DNA of 47,462 bases, from positions 1-47,462 of the forward strand of contig JANWJC010000105.1 of assembly GCA_025449595.1 (NCBI GenBank), in the 5' to 3' direction. The translations under genes were made by a program, and so were the position numbers. This document shows positions 1 through 10,175 of the stretch, piece after piece. The stretch's first letter is position 1; each line of letters begins with the position of its first letter. This DNA comes from Acidobacteriota bacterium (lineage in GTDB: Bacteria; Actinomycetota; Actinomycetes; S36-B12; CAIYMF01). The notes under the pieces were generated by a model, which saw only the letters and a program-made list of their open reading frames with translations, ran no database searches and was not told the DNA's origin.

Positions 1-71
1 CCGCCCTCGACCACGACCGCGACGGCCTTGGTGAACGTCGACCCGGTGTCGACGCAGACGACGTACCTCAC
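1..71 (-). CDS. 5' end of a CDS that runs off the left edge. The N-terminus is VRYVVCVDTGSTFTKAVAVVVEG, an ASKHA/actin-fold ATPase-like DxGSTxxK phosphate-1 motif.
   Basis: Hand translation of the minus strand from GTG at 71. The GTG overlaps the TGA of the upstream small ORF (GTGA). Only 23 codons are visible. Confidence 0.3.
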   Translation of the reverse strand, partial: MRYVVCVDTGSTFTKAVAVVVEG

Positions 72-187
72 CGTCCTCGCATCTCGCGTACGAAGATCCA
101 GATGAGCCAGAGGCCCGCGGTCAGCAAGGTCATGACGCAGTCGAACAGGAACGAACAGAGGCCGTAGCGGCGCCTTGTGCTGGGCAC
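68..187 (-). CDS. Small 39-aa hydrophobic protein (VPSTRRRYGLCSFLFDCVMTLLTAGLWLIWIFVREMRGR), below the size cut-off of the ORF track.
   Basis: GTG at 187 is preceded by GAAGGA about 7 nt upstream. There is one clear TM helix with positive charges on both flanks. The stop overlaps the next start (GTGA at 71-68). Confidence 0.35.
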   Translation of the reverse strand: MPSTRRRYGLCSFLFDCVMTLLTAGLWLIWIFVREMRGR

Positions 188-246
188 TGTCGAATCCTTC
201 GGTTGGGGTCAGGCCAAGGGAAACGGACGATGAACGACCGGCGACC

Positions 247-1428
247 TCACCCCAGGGCCTGCGCCAGGTCGCCGACGAGGTCGTCGACGTGCTCGATCCC
301 CACGGAGAGCCGGACCAGGTCCGCCGGCACCTCCAGCGGCGAGCCCGTCACGCTGGCGTGCGTCATCCGGCCGGGGTGCTCGATCAGCGACTCGACACCG
401 CCGAGCGACTCCCCGAGCGTGAACAAGCGGGTCCGGCCGCACACGTCGACCGCGGCCTGCTCGCCACCGACCACCTGGAAGCTGACCATCCCGCCGAAGT
501 CGCGCATCTGCTTCACCGCGACGTCATGGCCGTCGTGGCCGGGCAGCCCGGGGAAGTAGACCTTCGACACGCGGTCGTGACCGACGAGCAGGTCCACGAC
601 CCGGCGAGCGTTGTCGCAGTGCCGATCCATGCGTACCGCCAGAGTCTTGATGCCGCGCAACGTCAACCAGGCGTCGAACGGCCCGGCCACCGCCCCCATG
701 GCGTTCTGGTGGTACGCCAGCCGCTCGCCGAGCTCGGGGTCGTTCGCGACGAGCCCGCCACCGACGACATCGCTGTGACCGCCGAGGTACTTCGTTGTGG
801 AGTGCACGACGACATCGGCGCCCAGCAGCAGCGGCTGCTGCAGGTACGGCGACGCGAACGTGTTGTCCACCACCAGGATCGCGCCGCCGTCGTGGGCGAC
901 CTGGGCGAGCGCCGCGATGTCGGCGACCCGCAGCAACGGGTTCGTCGGAGTCTCCAGCCACACCATGTCGGTGGGTCCCGACTGCACGGCGGCACGGACC
1001 GCGTCGACGTCGGTCAGCCGCGCCGGTGTGACCGTCACGCCCCACCGGGCTGCCACCTTGTCGAAGAGCCGGAAGGTCCCTCCGTACGCATCGTCCGGGA
1101 TGACGACGTGGGAGCCGGGCTTGCAGACCGTGCGCACCAGGGTGTCCTCGGCCGCCAGGCCGGACGCGAACGCCAACGCCCGTGTCGTGCCGGCAACCGC
1201 CCCGGCCGGATCCTCCAGCGCAGCGAGGCACTCCTGCAGCGCGTCACGCGTCGGGTTGCCGGACCGCGAGTACTCGTACCCACGACGCAGCCCGCCCACG
1301 CCGTCCTGGGCGTACGTGGACACCTGGTAGATCGGCGGCACCACGGCACCGGTCGAGGGGTCGGGCTCCTGCCCGGCGTGGATGGCGAGGGTCTCGAAAC
1401 CGGGCTGTCCCATGCTGGCGTTGGTCAT
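247..1428 (-). CDS. metB: Cystathionine gamma-synthase/lyase family PLP enzyme (Cys/Met metabolism)
   Basis: 393 aa with an ATG start. N-terminal FETLAIHAGQEPDP...PPIYQVSTY and the internal STTKYLGGHSD Lys block are typical of the MetB/MetC family. Confidence 0.85.
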   Translation of the reverse strand: MTNASMGQPGFETLAIHAGQEPDPSTGAVVPPIYQVSTYAQDGVGGLRRGYEYSRSGNPTRDALQECLAALEDPAGAVAGTTRALAFASGLAAEDTLVRTVCKPGSHVVIPDDAYGGTFRLFDKVAARWGVTVTPARLTDVDAVRAAVQSGPTDMVWLETPTNPLLRVADIAALAQVAHDGGAILVVDNTFASPYLQQPLLLGADVVVHSTTKYLGGHSDVVGGGLVANDPELGERLAYHQNAMGAVAGPFDAWLTLRGIKTLAVRMDRHCDNARRVVDLLVGHDRVSKVYFPGLPGHDGHDVAVKQMRDFGGMVSFQVVGGEQAAVDVCGRTRLFTLGESLGGVESLIEHPGRMTHASVTGSPLEVPADLVRLSVGIEHVDDLVGDLAQALG

Positions 1429-1531
1429 CCACCCAGCCTAGGCATCCCGGCCCGACCACCGCCCACCCCCGCTGCTCCGGGATGAAGGTGCCCCGCGCCA
1501 CGCCCCGCACGCTCGTCAGCTTCCCACTGGC

Positions 1532-2446
1532 TCAACCGGCCCGGGCTGTGCGCACCGAGCCGAGCAGCCCTGCCCCCACCGCGATGGCGATCAGGGTCAG
1601 CGCCGCACCGGCGAGGGTCCACGCCGTCACGTGCTCCCCGGCGACCGGCGACACCAGATCCAGCACGACGGCACCGACCACCTGCCCGGCGATCTGGCAC
1701 AGGGTGAACAGCAGCACCCCCAGGTGCGCGATGACGAACGCGGCGGTCGCGACGAACAGCACCCCGATCGCCCCGCCGGTGTAGAGCCACCAGGCCTGTC
1801 GCGTCGTGGTGAGGCCCGGGCCACCCGTCGCGGTACGGAACGCCAGCAGCATCAGCAGCAGCGTGGTCCCCACCACGAAGTTCACCCACGATGCCGACAG
1901 CGGCGACCTGGCCGCCACCGACACCTGGCCGTTGATGGCGCCCTGGACTGCCAGCGCGGCACCGGCCGCCAGCCCCGCGATGACGGCGACCAGGGAGAAC
2001 GTCGCGGTCCCGAGCCTGTCGGCGGCACTGACGACCACCGCGATCACAGCGAGCGCCGCGGCGGCGATCCTGGTCGGAGTGACCAGCTGGCGGCCGGCGG
2101 GGCCGAGGCCGACCTTGTCCACGTAAAGCGAGGCGACCGTCTGGCCGGCGACCCCCGAGACCGCGAACAGGGCAACGCCGATCACAGGCACCACGGCGGT
2201 CTGTACCGCGACGTAGCTCCCCCCGCCGAGGCCCCCGAGCAGCTGCCAGCGCGACAGCGACCCGGAGCGCAGCGCCGCGGGGAGCCGGCGCAACCCGGCG
2301 CGCATCGACGGCAGGACCAACAGCAGGACGCACAGCAGCACCAGCCCCGTGCCGAACGAGATCACCGCGGCTTGTGAGCTGTTCCCCAGCGCAGAGGCGA
2401 GCTCGCCGTTGATCCGTGACTGCAGCGCCGAGGTGACACCAACCAC
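1532..2446 (-). CDS. DMT-superfamily membrane transporter, duplicated DUF606/YdcZ-like
   Basis: 304 aa, about 10 TM segments, with the Q-x-x-IN-G-x-(L/V) motif in both halves (ALQSRINGELA and AVQGAINGQVS). The start is doubtful; see the finding on the missing start codon. Confidence 0.65.
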   Translation of the reverse strand: MVGVTSALQSRINGELASALGNSSQAAVISFGTGLVLLCVLLLVLPSMRAGLRRLPAALRSGSLSRWQLLGGLGGGSYVAVQTAVVPVIGVALFAVSGVAGQTVASLYVDKVGLGPAGRQLVTPTRIAAAALAVIAVVVSAADRLGTATFSLVAVIAGLAAGAALAVQGAINGQVSVAARSPLSASWVNFVVGTTLLLMLLAFRTATGGPGLTTTRQAWWLYTGGAIGVLFVATAAFVIAHLGVLLFTLCQIAGQVVGAVVLDLVSPVAGEHVTAWTLAGAALTLIAIAVGAGLLGSVRTARAG

Positions 2447-2525
2447 GATGGCCAGGACGGCGTACCAGACCGCGCGCCGGGGTGTCGGGCCGCCCTTCGC
2501 GGGAGGGGAGGTCGGACCTGGCGTG

Positions 2526-4091
2526 CTAGTGGAAGAAATGACGTGTTCCGGTGATGTACATCGTCATCCCGGCAGCCTGGGCCGCATAGACGACCTCCTC
2601 GTCGCGCACCGAGCCGCCGGGCTGCACCACGGCGCGGACACCGGCCTGCGCCAGCACCTCCAACCCGTCAGGGAACGGGAAGAACGCGTCGGAGGCCGCG
2701 ACCGAGCCGCGAGCGCGGTCCTCGCCGGCGCGCGCGACAGCCAGTCGCGCCGAGTCGACGCGGTTGACCTGGCCCATCCCGATGCCGACTGCGGCTCCGT
2801 CGCTGGCCAGCAGGATCGCGTTGCTCTTGACCGAGCGGCAGGCCCGCCAGGCGAACAGCAGGTCCCGAAGGGTCGCCTCGTCCGCCGGCTCCCCGCACGC
2901 CAGGGTCCAGGCAGCGGTGTCGTCCCCGGGCCCGTGGATGCGGTCGACGTCCTGCAGCAGCAGCCCACCGGACACCGGGCGGATCTCCGGTCGCGGGCCG
3001 GTCGGGATGTCCGCGGCCACGAGCACCCGCAGGTTCTTCCTCTCCCGCAACAGGTCCAGGGCGTCAGCGTCGAAGCCTGGAGCGACAACAACCTCGGTGA
3101 AGATCGACGCGACCTGGGCGGCCATGGCCGCTGTGACGACGCGGTTCGCCGCGATGACCCCGCCGTACGCCGAGACCGGATCGGTGTCGTTCGCCTTCCG
3201 GTGGGCCTCGGCGACGTCCGCGCCTACGGCGATGCCGCACGGGTTCGTGTGCTTGATGACCGCGACTGCCGGCTCGGTCTGGTCGTACGCAGCTCGCCGC
3301 GCTGCGTCTGCGTCGACGTAGTTGTTGTACGACATCTCCTTGCCCTGCAACAGCTCTGCCTGCGCCAGACCCGGGGTGGGAGTGTTGTCAGCGACGTACA
3401 GCGCAGCGCGCTGGTGCGGGTTCTCGCCGTAGCGCAGCACCTCGGCGCGCTGCCACGTCCCGCCGAGCCACGCCGGGAACCCGCTCCCGCCGTCGGTCGG
3501 CGCGACGACGTTGCCTAGCCAGGATGCGACCGCGACGTCGTACGACGCGGTGTGCACGAACGCATCGACGGCCAGCGCCTGGCGCTGCTGCAAGGTGAAG
3601 CCACCACCGGTCACCGCTGCGATGACCTCGGCGTAGCGGTCCGGGGAGGTGACGACGGCGACGCTGGGGTGGTTCTTCGCCGCGGCGCGGACCATCGTCG
3701 GACCGCCGATGTCGATCTGCTCGATGCACTCGTCGGCATCGGCGCCGGAGGCGACGGTCGTCGCGAAGGGGTACAGGTTCACGACGACGAGCTCGAACGG
3801 GGCGATGCCCAGCTCGTCGATCTGGCGGACGTGGTCCGGCAGGCGCAGGTCGGCGAGGATCCCGGCATGGACCTTGGGGTGCAACGTCTTCACGCGACCG
3901 TCGAGGCACTCCGGGAAGCCGGTGAGGTCCTGCACCTGGACCACCGGTATCCCGAGTGCGGCGATCCGCGCGGCCGTCGACCCGGTCGACACGATGTCTA
4001 CCCCGGCCGCGTGCAGACCGGTGGCGAGCTCGTCGAGGCCGGTCTTGTCGTATACGGAGACCAGTGCGCGCCGGACGGGGATCATGCTCAC
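2526..4091 (-). CDS. purH: Bifunctional AICAR formyltransferase / IMP cyclohydrolase
   Basis: 521 aa. N-terminal [11 protein letters not shown]...STGSTA (MGS-like domain) and a full-length AICARFT domain. The GTG start overlaps the purN stop (GTGA at 4091-4088). Confidence 0.95.
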   Translation of the reverse strand: MSMIPVRRALVSVYDKTGLDELATGLHAAGVDIVSTGSTAARIAALGIPVVQVQDLTGFPECLDGRVKTLHPKVHAGILADLRLPDHVRQIDELGIAPFELVVVNLYPFATTVASGADADECIEQIDIGGPTMVRAAAKNHPSVAVVTSPDRYAEVIAAVTGGGFTLQQRQALAVDAFVHTASYDVAVASWLGNVVAPTDGGSGFPAWLGGTWQRAEVLRYGENPHQRAALYVADNTPTPGLAQAELLQGKEMSYNNYVDADAARRAAYDQTEPAVAVIKHTNPCGIAVGADVAEAHRKANDTDPVSAYGGVIAANRVVTAAMAAQVASIFTEVVVAPGFDADALDLLRERKNLRVLVAADIPTGPRPEIRPVSGGLLLQDVDRIHGPGDDTAAWTLACGEPADEATLRDLLFAWRACRSVKSNAILLASDGAAVGIGMGQVNRVDSARLAVARAGEDRARGSVAASDAFFPFPDGLEVLAQAGVRAVVQPGGSVRDEEVVYAAQAAGMTMYITGTRHFFH

Positions 4092-4705
4092 GGGATGGTG
4101 ACCTTCCTACCGTTGATCGTCCAACCGTCGCGCGCCATGCGGCCTACGACGTCCACGAGCAGCGTGCGCTCGACGGTCTTGATCCGTTCGTGCAGTGTCG
4201 AGGCGTCGTCGTCGTCGCGTACGTCCACCACCGCCTGCCCGAGAATAGGACCCGTGTCGACGCCGGCGTCGACGACGAACAGCGTGCAGCCGGCGACCTT
4301 CACGCCGTGGTCCAGCGCGTCCTGCGGGCCGCTCATGCCGGGGAACGAGGGCAGGAGGGAGGGGTGGGTGTTCACGTAGCGCCCGGCGAAGCGCTGCAGG
4401 AACCTCACTCCGGCGAGCTTGAGGAAGCCGGCGGACACCACGATGTCGGGCTCGTACGCCGCAACGGCGTCGGCGAGAGCGGCGTCCCAGTCCGCGCGGG
4501 TCGCGAAGTCCTGGACCCGCAGCTCGAACGTGGGCAGTCCGGCCTGCTGGGCGCGTGTCACGCCGCCGGTGTCGGCGCGGTCCGCGCCGACCGCGACGAC
4601 CTCGGCGGGGTACGCCGGATCGGCCATCGCGTCCAGCAGCGCCTGCAGGTTGGTCCCGGCCCCGGAGACCAGGACGACGAGGCGCGAGCGCGCGGGGTGC
4701 GTCAC
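4088..4705 (-). CDS. purN: Phosphoribosylglycinamide formyltransferase
   Basis: [26 protein letters not shown] and [16 protein letters not shown] motifs. Start trimmed to the GTG at 4705 (track start 4765), which gives about 205 aa. Confidence 0.9.
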   Translation of the reverse strand: MTHPARSRLVVLVSGAGTNLQALLDAMADPAYPAEVVAVGADRADTGGVTRAQQAGLPTFELRVQDFATRADWDAALADAVAAYEPDIVVSAGFLKLAGVRFLQRFAGRYVNTHPSLLPSFPGMSGPQDALDHGVKVAGCTLFVVDAGVDTGPILGQAVVDVRDDDDASTLHERIKTVERTLLVDVVGRMARDGWTINGRKVTIP

Positions 4706-4825
4706 AGCGGTCCTCGGTGCTCGGGCAACAGAGTGGGTCGGGCAGCGTCCGGGTGGGTCCAGCAAGCCGCCGTCCGGGCGCGATCCTAGCGAGGCGTCGG
4801 GGTGGCCCGACGCCTCGCTGCCACG

Positions 4826-6460
4826 TCAGTCCCCGTCGGAGTGCAGCAGCGGCCGGATCCTGCCCCAGGTCCGGCCCAGCGCCGACGTGGCTCCGGCCAG
4901 CACGCCGCGCGCCGCGTCCGCTTCGCCGATGCAGAGCTGGTCGAGGTCGGACGGCGATCCGCCGGCAGGCAAAAGGACTACACCGGTCACCTGGTCGACG
5001 CGGCTCGACGCAGCGGCGCCGGAGCTCGGGCCGGGGACCGGACGTACCCGCAGGTCCACGTCGGCCGGTGCCGGGACGGGCCGGCGACGACGCGGGACCT
5101 GCGCCGCACCCACCTTCGGTTGCGCGCTCGCCGGCCGCTGGGTCGCCGTCCCGGCGAGCAGCGTGCCGAGCAACGCTGTCGGAGCGAGCCCGAGGAGGAC
5201 CAGACCGGTCACCGCGAGCCCCATCGCCCACGCCGTGGGGCCGACGTGCGCCAGTCGGCCGTCGCCCAGGGAACCAGAGCCGAGAAACCCGAGCACCACA
5301 GTCGCGAGCCCGGTCAGACCGGCCGCCGTCAGGGTCTCGATCACCGGCAGCCGGCCGTCGCCGCGCCGGCCCGACCGCAGCACGACCAGGCCGCCGAGCA
5401 CCCCGGCGAGCACCGGCAGGAGCATCAGCAGCGGCGCGAGCGGCGAGGGCTGGTCGGGTACGGCGGCCAGCAGCGGGAACGCCGGTGCCAGCGCGCCACC
5501 ACCTCCGAACGGCGTGATCATCGCGCCGCCGAGCAGCACGCCCGTGCCGGCCAGGTACGCCAGCGCCCAGACGAACATGGTCGGCAGGTAGCCCAGGCAC
5601 AGCAGGCTCAGGACCCCGCTCGCGGCCGCCCCCGGTGCGATCTGCTCGGTGAGGGCCACGACCGACGAGAAGTGCATGGCCAGGGCCAGCGCCACGGTCG
5701 CGCCGGCAGCGACGCCGAGCGTCGCCAGTACGACCCCGGCAGCGCGCATCCCGCGACGTACCGGCGTCGGGACGTGGACCAGCACGGCCGGCCACAGCTG
5801 CGACGACGACAGGGCGCCGAGCCCGATGCCGGCAGCCGAAACCAGGCCGGCGGCGACCACCGCGGCAGCGGCAGTCACCTGAGCCGGACCGAGGACGCCC
5901 AGGGTCGAGACGATGAGCGTGAGGACGGCGTACGTCCCTGCCGCGGTCCCCGTGAGCAGTCCGACGTCGCCCAGCGTCAGACAGTCAGACGCACGCGCAG
6001 CCCAGCGGCCGGCGCGGTAGGTGAGCAGAGCCGGCAGGGCGAGAAGCCCCAGCGGCAGCAATGAGAATGTGGCACCGGGCAATGACACCGGAGCCATGTG
6101 CGCGGCGACGAACGCGAGCGCTCCGCTGCGCAGCGCACTGCCGAACGTCGCGTCGCCGTGACCTCCGACGGTCCACCCGATGACCGCCACGACCACGCAG
6201 ACCAGCAGTCCGACCCCCAGAGCCCAGGCCGCCGCGATCACCGCAGCGACGGGGATGCTCTGGCGCCGGGCCGGGACCAGCCGGGGACGTACCGCCCGAC
6301 GCGCCGCCTCCCGCCGCGCTCGCGACGTAGCCCGGCTGCCTGCCGAGGCAGCCCGTACCCCGCCGGCGTCCTCGCGGGGGACGGTTCGGGCGTCCTCGCG
6401 TGCCTGACTTCCCTCCTCATCACCGGGGGTGGCGTGAGGTTCGGGGAGCGCGGCGGTCAC
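4826..6460 (-). CDS. Polytopic membrane protein, PerM-like (DUF6350-type), with a charged disordered N-terminus
   Basis: More than 10 TM helices after a Arg/Glu-rich N-terminal region. Its position between sucD and purN matches mycobacterial perM as I recall that locus. The start is ambiguous: GTG at 6460 is used here, and the track's GTG at 6544 would run into the repeat array. Confidence 0.6.
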   Translation of the reverse strand: MTAALPEPHATPGDEEGSQAREDARTVPREDAGGVRAASAGSRATSRARREAARRAVRPRLVPARRQSIPVAAVIAAAWALGVGLLVCVVVAVIGWTVGGHGDATFGSALRSGALAFVAAHMAPVSLPGATFSLLPLGLLALPALLTYRAGRWAARASDCLTLGDVGLLTGTAAGTYAVLTLIVSTLGVLGPAQVTAAAAVVAAGLVSAAGIGLGALSSSQLWPAVLVHVPTPVRRGMRAAGVVLATLGVAAGATVALALAMHFSSVVALTEQIAPGAAASGVLSLLCLGYLPTMFVWALAYLAGTGVLLGGAMITPFGGGGALAPAFPLLAAVPDQPSPLAPLLMLLPVLAGVLGGLVVLRSGRRGDGRLPVIETLTAAGLTGLATVVLGFLGSGSLGDGRLAHVGPTAWAMGLAVTGLVLLGLAPTALLGTLLAGTATQRPASAQPKVGAAQVPRRRRPVPAPADVDLRVRPVPGPSSGAAASSRVDQVTGVVLLPAGGSPSDLDQLCIGEADAARGVLAGATSALGRTWGRIRPLLHSDGD

Positions 6461-6509
6461 TGCTCGATGGTCGCATCCACCCCGGGTACGCCCAGGGTTG
6501 CGACACGGC

Positions 6510-6667
6510 TTCACCGGCGATTGTTCGATGCCGGTGCACTTCACCGGCCTTTGATCGCTCCCTTCCCAGCTTCACCGGCGTTTGATCGCAAATATGTCCG
6601 AATTGTCCGGTTCGGATCGCTCAAACGCCGGTGAACCCCCCGGGAGCGCGACCAAACGCCGGTGAAC
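6510..6667. repeat. Five copies of a 15-nt motif TTCACCGGCGTTTGA. Three are direct (6510, 6540, 6571) and two inverted (6621-6635, 6653-6667).
   Basis: Read directly from the sequence. Copies 3 and 4 form 15-bp inverted arms separated by 30 nt. Confidence 0.8.
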
Positions 6668-6669
6668 CC

Positions 6670-6707
6670 GCAGTGGGTGGGCAGTGGGTGGGCAGTGGTG
6701 GGGCAGT
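6670..6707. repeat. Tandem 11-nt repeat GCAGTGGGTGG, about 3.3 copies, immediately downstream of the sucD stop
   Basis: Read directly: gcagtgggtgg gcagtgggtgg gcagtggtgggg cagt. Confidence 0.8.
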
Positions 6708-6711
6708 CTGG

Positions 6712-7596
6712 TCAGGAGGCCAGGACCTCGCGCAGGAGGCGGGCGGTCTCGCTGGGGGTCTTGCCGACCCTGACCCCGACGGCCTCCAGGGCCTCCTTCT
6801 TGCCCTGCGCGGTGCCGGCGCCGCCGGAGACGATCGCACCGGCGTGGCCCATGGTCTTGCCCTCCGGGGCGGTGAAGCCGGCGACGTAGCCGACGACCGG
6901 CTTGGTCACGTGCGCCTTGATGTACGCGGCCGCCCGCTCCTCGGCGTCGCCGCCGATCTCACCGATCATGACGATGGCGAGGGTCTCCGGGTCGGCCTCG
7001 AACGCCGCGATCGCGTCGATGTGCGTGGTCCCGATCACCGGGTCGCCGCCGATGCCGATCGCGGTCGAGAAGCCGAGGTCGCGGAGCTCGTACATCATCT
7101 GGTACGTCAGCGTGCCCGACTTGCTCACCAGACCCACCGGGCCCTTGCCGGTGATCGTCGCCGGCGTGATCCCCACCAGGCACTCGCCGGGCGTGATGAT
7201 GCCCGGGCAGTTCGGGCCGATGATCCGGGTGAGGTTGCCCTTGGACTGCGCGTACGCCCAGAAGTACGCCGAGTCCTGCACCGGCACGCCCTCGGTGATG
7301 ATGACCAGCAGACCGATCTCGGCATCGATCGCCTCGAGCACGGCGTCCTTGGTGAATGCCGGTGGGACGAACACGATGGAGACGTCGGCGCCGGTCTTGT
7401 CGATCGCTTCGGCCACGGTCGCGAAGACCGGCAGCTCGACGTCGCCGTGGGTGACGGTCGTCCCGGCCTTGCGGGCGTTGACTCCCCCGACCACGTTGGT
7501 CCCGGACTTGAGCATCAGCGCCGTGTGCTTGGTGCCCTCGGATCCGGTCATGCCCTGGACGATGACCTTGGAGTCCTTGTTGACGAAGATCGACAT
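6712..7596 (-). CDS. sucD: Succinyl-CoA synthetase alpha subunit
   Basis: 294 aa. [29 protein letters not shown] (phosphohistidine loop) and CoA-binding motifs. Confidence 0.95.
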   Translation of the reverse strand: MSIFVNKDSKVIVQGMTGSEGTKHTALMLKSGTNVVGGVNARKAGTTVTHGDVELPVFATVAEAIDKTGADVSIVFVPPAFTKDAVLEAIDAEIGLLVIITEGVPVQDSAYFWAYAQSKGNLTRIIGPNCPGIITPGECLVGITPATITGKGPVGLVSKSGTLTYQMMYELRDLGFSTAIGIGGDPVIGTTHIDAIAAFEADPETLAIVMIGEIGGDAEERAAAYIKAHVTKPVVGYVAGFTAPEGKTMGHAGAIVSGGAGTAQGKKEALEAVGVRVGKTPSETARLLREVLAS

Positions 7597-7604
7597 GTCG
7601 GTTC

Positions 7605-8771
7605 CTACTTCCCCGCTGCCAGCGCGGCGGCCTTGTCAGCGGCTTCGTCCATGGTGTCCACGACGGTCACGAGCGGGTGAGCCGCCGCCGACAGGATGCG
7701 ACGGCCCTCGTCGACGTTGTTGCCGTCCAGGCGTACGACCAGCGGCTTGGTGGCGGTCGCGCCCAGGATCCCCAACGCGTCCACGATGCCGTGAGCCACA
7801 GCGTCGCACGCGGTGATGCCACCGAAGACGTTGACGAACACCGACCTCACCTCGTCGTCGCTGAGGATGATCTCCAGGCCGTCAGCCATGACCTGCGCGG
7901 ACGCGCCGCCGCCGATGTCGAGGAAGTTGGCGGGCTTCTGGCCGCCGTACTTCTCTCCGGCGTACGCGACGACGTCGAGGGTGCTCATCACCAGGCCGGC
8001 ACCGTTGCCGATGATGCCGACCGAGCCGCTGAGCTTGACGTAGTTCAGGCCCTTCTGGGACGCCCGCAGCTCGAGCGGGTCGGTGGCCGAGTCGTCGACG
8101 AGCGCGGCGTGGTCCGGGTGCCGGAACGCGGCGTTGTCGTCGAGGGTCACCTTGCCGTCCAGTGCGAGGACCTCACCAGTGGGGGTCTTCACGAGCGGGT
8201 TGACCTCCACCAAGGTCGCGTCCTCCCCAACGAAGACGTCCCAGAGTCGCTGCAGCACTTCGACAACTTGGTCTCGCACGCTCGCGTCGAAGCCCGCGGT
8301 GTCGGCGATCTCCTGCGCCTTCGCCAGGTCGCAGCCCACCGTGGCGTCCACAGCGACGCGGGCCAGCGCCTCCGGCCGCTCGACCGCGAGCTCCTCGATC
8401 TCCATCCCGCCCTCCTTGCTGGCCATGGCCAGGTAGGTGCGGTTGGTCCGGTCGAGCAGGAACGAGACGTAGTACTCCTCGGCGATGTCGGACGCGGCGG
8501 TGACCAGCACCTGGTGAACGATGTGGCCCTTGATGTCGAGCCCGAGGATGGCCTCGGCCTTCTCGGCCGCTTCCTGCGGCGTCGTCGCGAACTTGACGCC
8601 TCCGGCCTTGCCCCGTCCGCCGGTCTTCACCTGCGCCTTGACGACGACGGCCTGCCCGATCCGCGCGGCGGCGGCCTGTGCGTCCTGCGGCGTGCGTACG
8701 ACCTCGCCGGTCTGCGTCGGCACGCCGTGCGCCCGGAAGAGGTCCTTGGCCTGGAATTCGTAGAGGTCCAC
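7605..8771 (-). CDS. sucC: Succinyl-CoA synthetase beta subunit
   Basis: Start trimmed to the GTG at 8771 ([12 protein letters not shown]...), giving 388 aa. The track ORF carries a 124-aa Arg-rich extension that looks non-coding. ATP-grasp plus ligase-CoA blocks are present. Confidence 0.93.
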   Translation of the reverse strand: MDLYEFQAKDLFRAHGVPTQTGEVVRTPQDAQAAAARIGQAVVVKAQVKTGGRGKAGGVKFATTPQEAAEKAEAILGLDIKGHIVHQVLVTAASDIAEEYYVSFLLDRTNRTYLAMASKEGGMEIEELAVERPEALARVAVDATVGCDLAKAQEIADTAGFDASVRDQVVEVLQRLWDVFVGEDATLVEVNPLVKTPTGEVLALDGKVTLDDNAAFRHPDHAALVDDSATDPLELRASQKGLNYVKLSGSVGIIGNGAGLVMSTLDVVAYAGEKYGGQKPANFLDIGGGASAQVMADGLEIILSDDEVRSVFVNVFGGITACDAVAHGIVDALGILGATATKPLVVRLDGNNVDEGRRILSAAAHPLVTVVDTMDEAADKAAALAAGK

Positions 8772-9031
8772 CGCGGTCCTGCCTTGTCGAGGGGTGACGG
8801 CGGTACGCGACCTCACGAGCTCGTCGGCCGGTTCGTCCCGCCGTCGCGGGGTGCGGCGGAATCCTAGCCGGGTGCTGATGGCGCCCGGACCAGCGGTCGC
8901 GTCCGGCCGTACCGCCCGGGCCGGGGCTCGGACCCTCGCCCGGTCGGGGTCCAGATCGGTCACGGCGCACCGCTCAGCGGACTCCTCCGCCGTGAGGTCC
9001 ATCTCCTTTAGGTAACACCACGTCCGCGATC

Positions 9032-10072
9032 GTGGATTCGGGTCCGGCTTTTCCCTACCCTCACGCTGTGCCGAAGACCCCGGATCCCGATGCGGCCCGC
9101 GACAACGTGCTGCTGCGCGTCGCCCGCCAGCTCGAGAGCGCACGGGTGACCGTGGACAACGCCCGCCGCGCGGTGCTGTGCCCGGCGGGGCTGCGCGGCA
9201 CCGCCCTGGAGGCAGCCTGGGTCGGCCTGCACCTGGCGATGTACCCGTTCAACCTGACGCAGGAGCACAGCCTGGATGCGTTGCACCGCACCGCATTGGA
9301 GCACCTGCCACCTCAGCAGCGCGGGCTGCTCGTCAGTGACGTGGAGGCGGCCGGCACCCCGATCCTGCTGGTGCACGGCATCGCCGACAACCGCTCGATC
9401 TTCACGATGCTGCGGCGCGGGCTGCGGCGCCGTGGCTTCGGCGTGATCGCGAGCTTCAACTACAGCTCGCTGACCGGAGACCTGCGAGCGGTCGCGGACC
9501 GGCTCCGCGCCGCGGTCGAGCAGCTCTGCGAGGAGACGGGGTACGAGCGGATCCACGTCGTCGGGCACTCGATGGGCGGCATCGTGGCGCGCTACTACGT
9601 GCAGCGCCTCGCCGGCGACGCGCGCGTCCACACGTTGGTCACCCTTGGCTCACCGCACTCGGGTACGGCCCCTGCGCGCTTCCTGCCGCACCCGTTGGCC
9701 CGGGCGCTGCGACCCGGAAGCGAGATCCTCACCGAGCTGGCCGAGCCGGCGCCGGACTGCCGAACCCGCTTCGTCGGCATCTGGTCCGACCTGGACCAGC
9801 TGGTCATCCCGAAACGCTCGGCTCGCATCGAGCACCCGGACCTCAACGCCCGCAACGTGTTCGTACGAGGCATCGGGCACATGTCGCTCCCCGTCGATGG
9901 CCGTGTGGTGCACGAGATCTGCACCACCTTGGCGCACATCGACGTCGACGGGCAGGTGGTGGCCGACGGTGCCACGTCGATCACCAGCGCCACCGGGCAT
10001 CGGGGCAGCCGGGTGGACGCCACACACCTCGACACTGCAGCGACCGCCCCGACCCGCACGGCCGGCGCCTGA
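9032..10072 (+). CDS. Alpha/beta-fold hydrolase, lipase/esterase-like
   Basis: [10 protein letters not shown], the nucleophile elbow GHSMGG, and a later GIGHMS His block. The start is uncertain (GTG 9032 or GTG 9068). Confidence 0.7.
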   Translation: MDSGPAFPYPHAVPKTPDPDAARDNVLLRVARQLESARVTVDNARRAVLCPAGLRGTALEAAWVGLHLAMYPFNLTQEHSLDALHRTALEHLPPQQRGLLVSDVEAAGTPILLVHGIADNRSIFTMLRRGLRRRGFGVIASFNYSSLTGDLRAVADRLRAAVEQLCEETGYERIHVVGHSMGGIVARYYVQRLAGDARVHTLVTLGSPHSGTAPARFLPHPLARALRPGSEILTELAEPAPDCRTRFVGIWSDLDQLVIPKRSARIEHPDLNARNVFVRGIGHMSLPVDGRVVHEICTTLAHIDVDGQVVADGATSITSATGHRGSRVDATHLDTAATAPTRTAGA

Positions 10073-10138
10073 TAGCAGTGACACTGTCGACGGAGAGGCG
10101 CAGTCGCACTGACCGATCTCGCAGCGAGTCGGCCAAAG

Positions 10139-10165
10139 ATGTACGCTTGCCTTACATGCAGTAAG
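10139..10165 (+). promoter_or_regulatory. Overlapping short inverted repeats (ATGTA-N9-TACAT and CTTAC-N5-GTAAG) just upstream of the vapB SD; candidate antitoxin operator
   Basis: Read directly. It abuts the AAGGAGGG SD at 10163-10170. The arms are only 5 bp, so support is weak. Confidence 0.25.
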
Positions 10166-10175
10166 GAGGGGTTGG

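Noticed and set aside
175-1485. Long plus-strand ORF (436 aa) and many similar Arg/Pro/Gly-rich ORFs throughout the track. Examples are 4107..5795, 4802..6064, 12942..14651, 14615..17254, 22358..24214 and 26745..28364.
   Set aside because: They lie antisense or out of frame to ORFs with clear family motifs. Their composition is the typical high-GC shadow-frame pattern (Arg/Pro/Gly/Ala runs), and they have no recognisable domains.
1429-1531. Possible SAM riboswitch (for example SAM-IV) in the 100-nt leader of metB
   Set aside because: Only a generic 8-bp stem (CATCCCGG/CCGGGATG) is visible. I could not match the conserved SAM-IV or SAM-I core nucleotides, and the leader is short. It needs a covariance-model scan before any claim.
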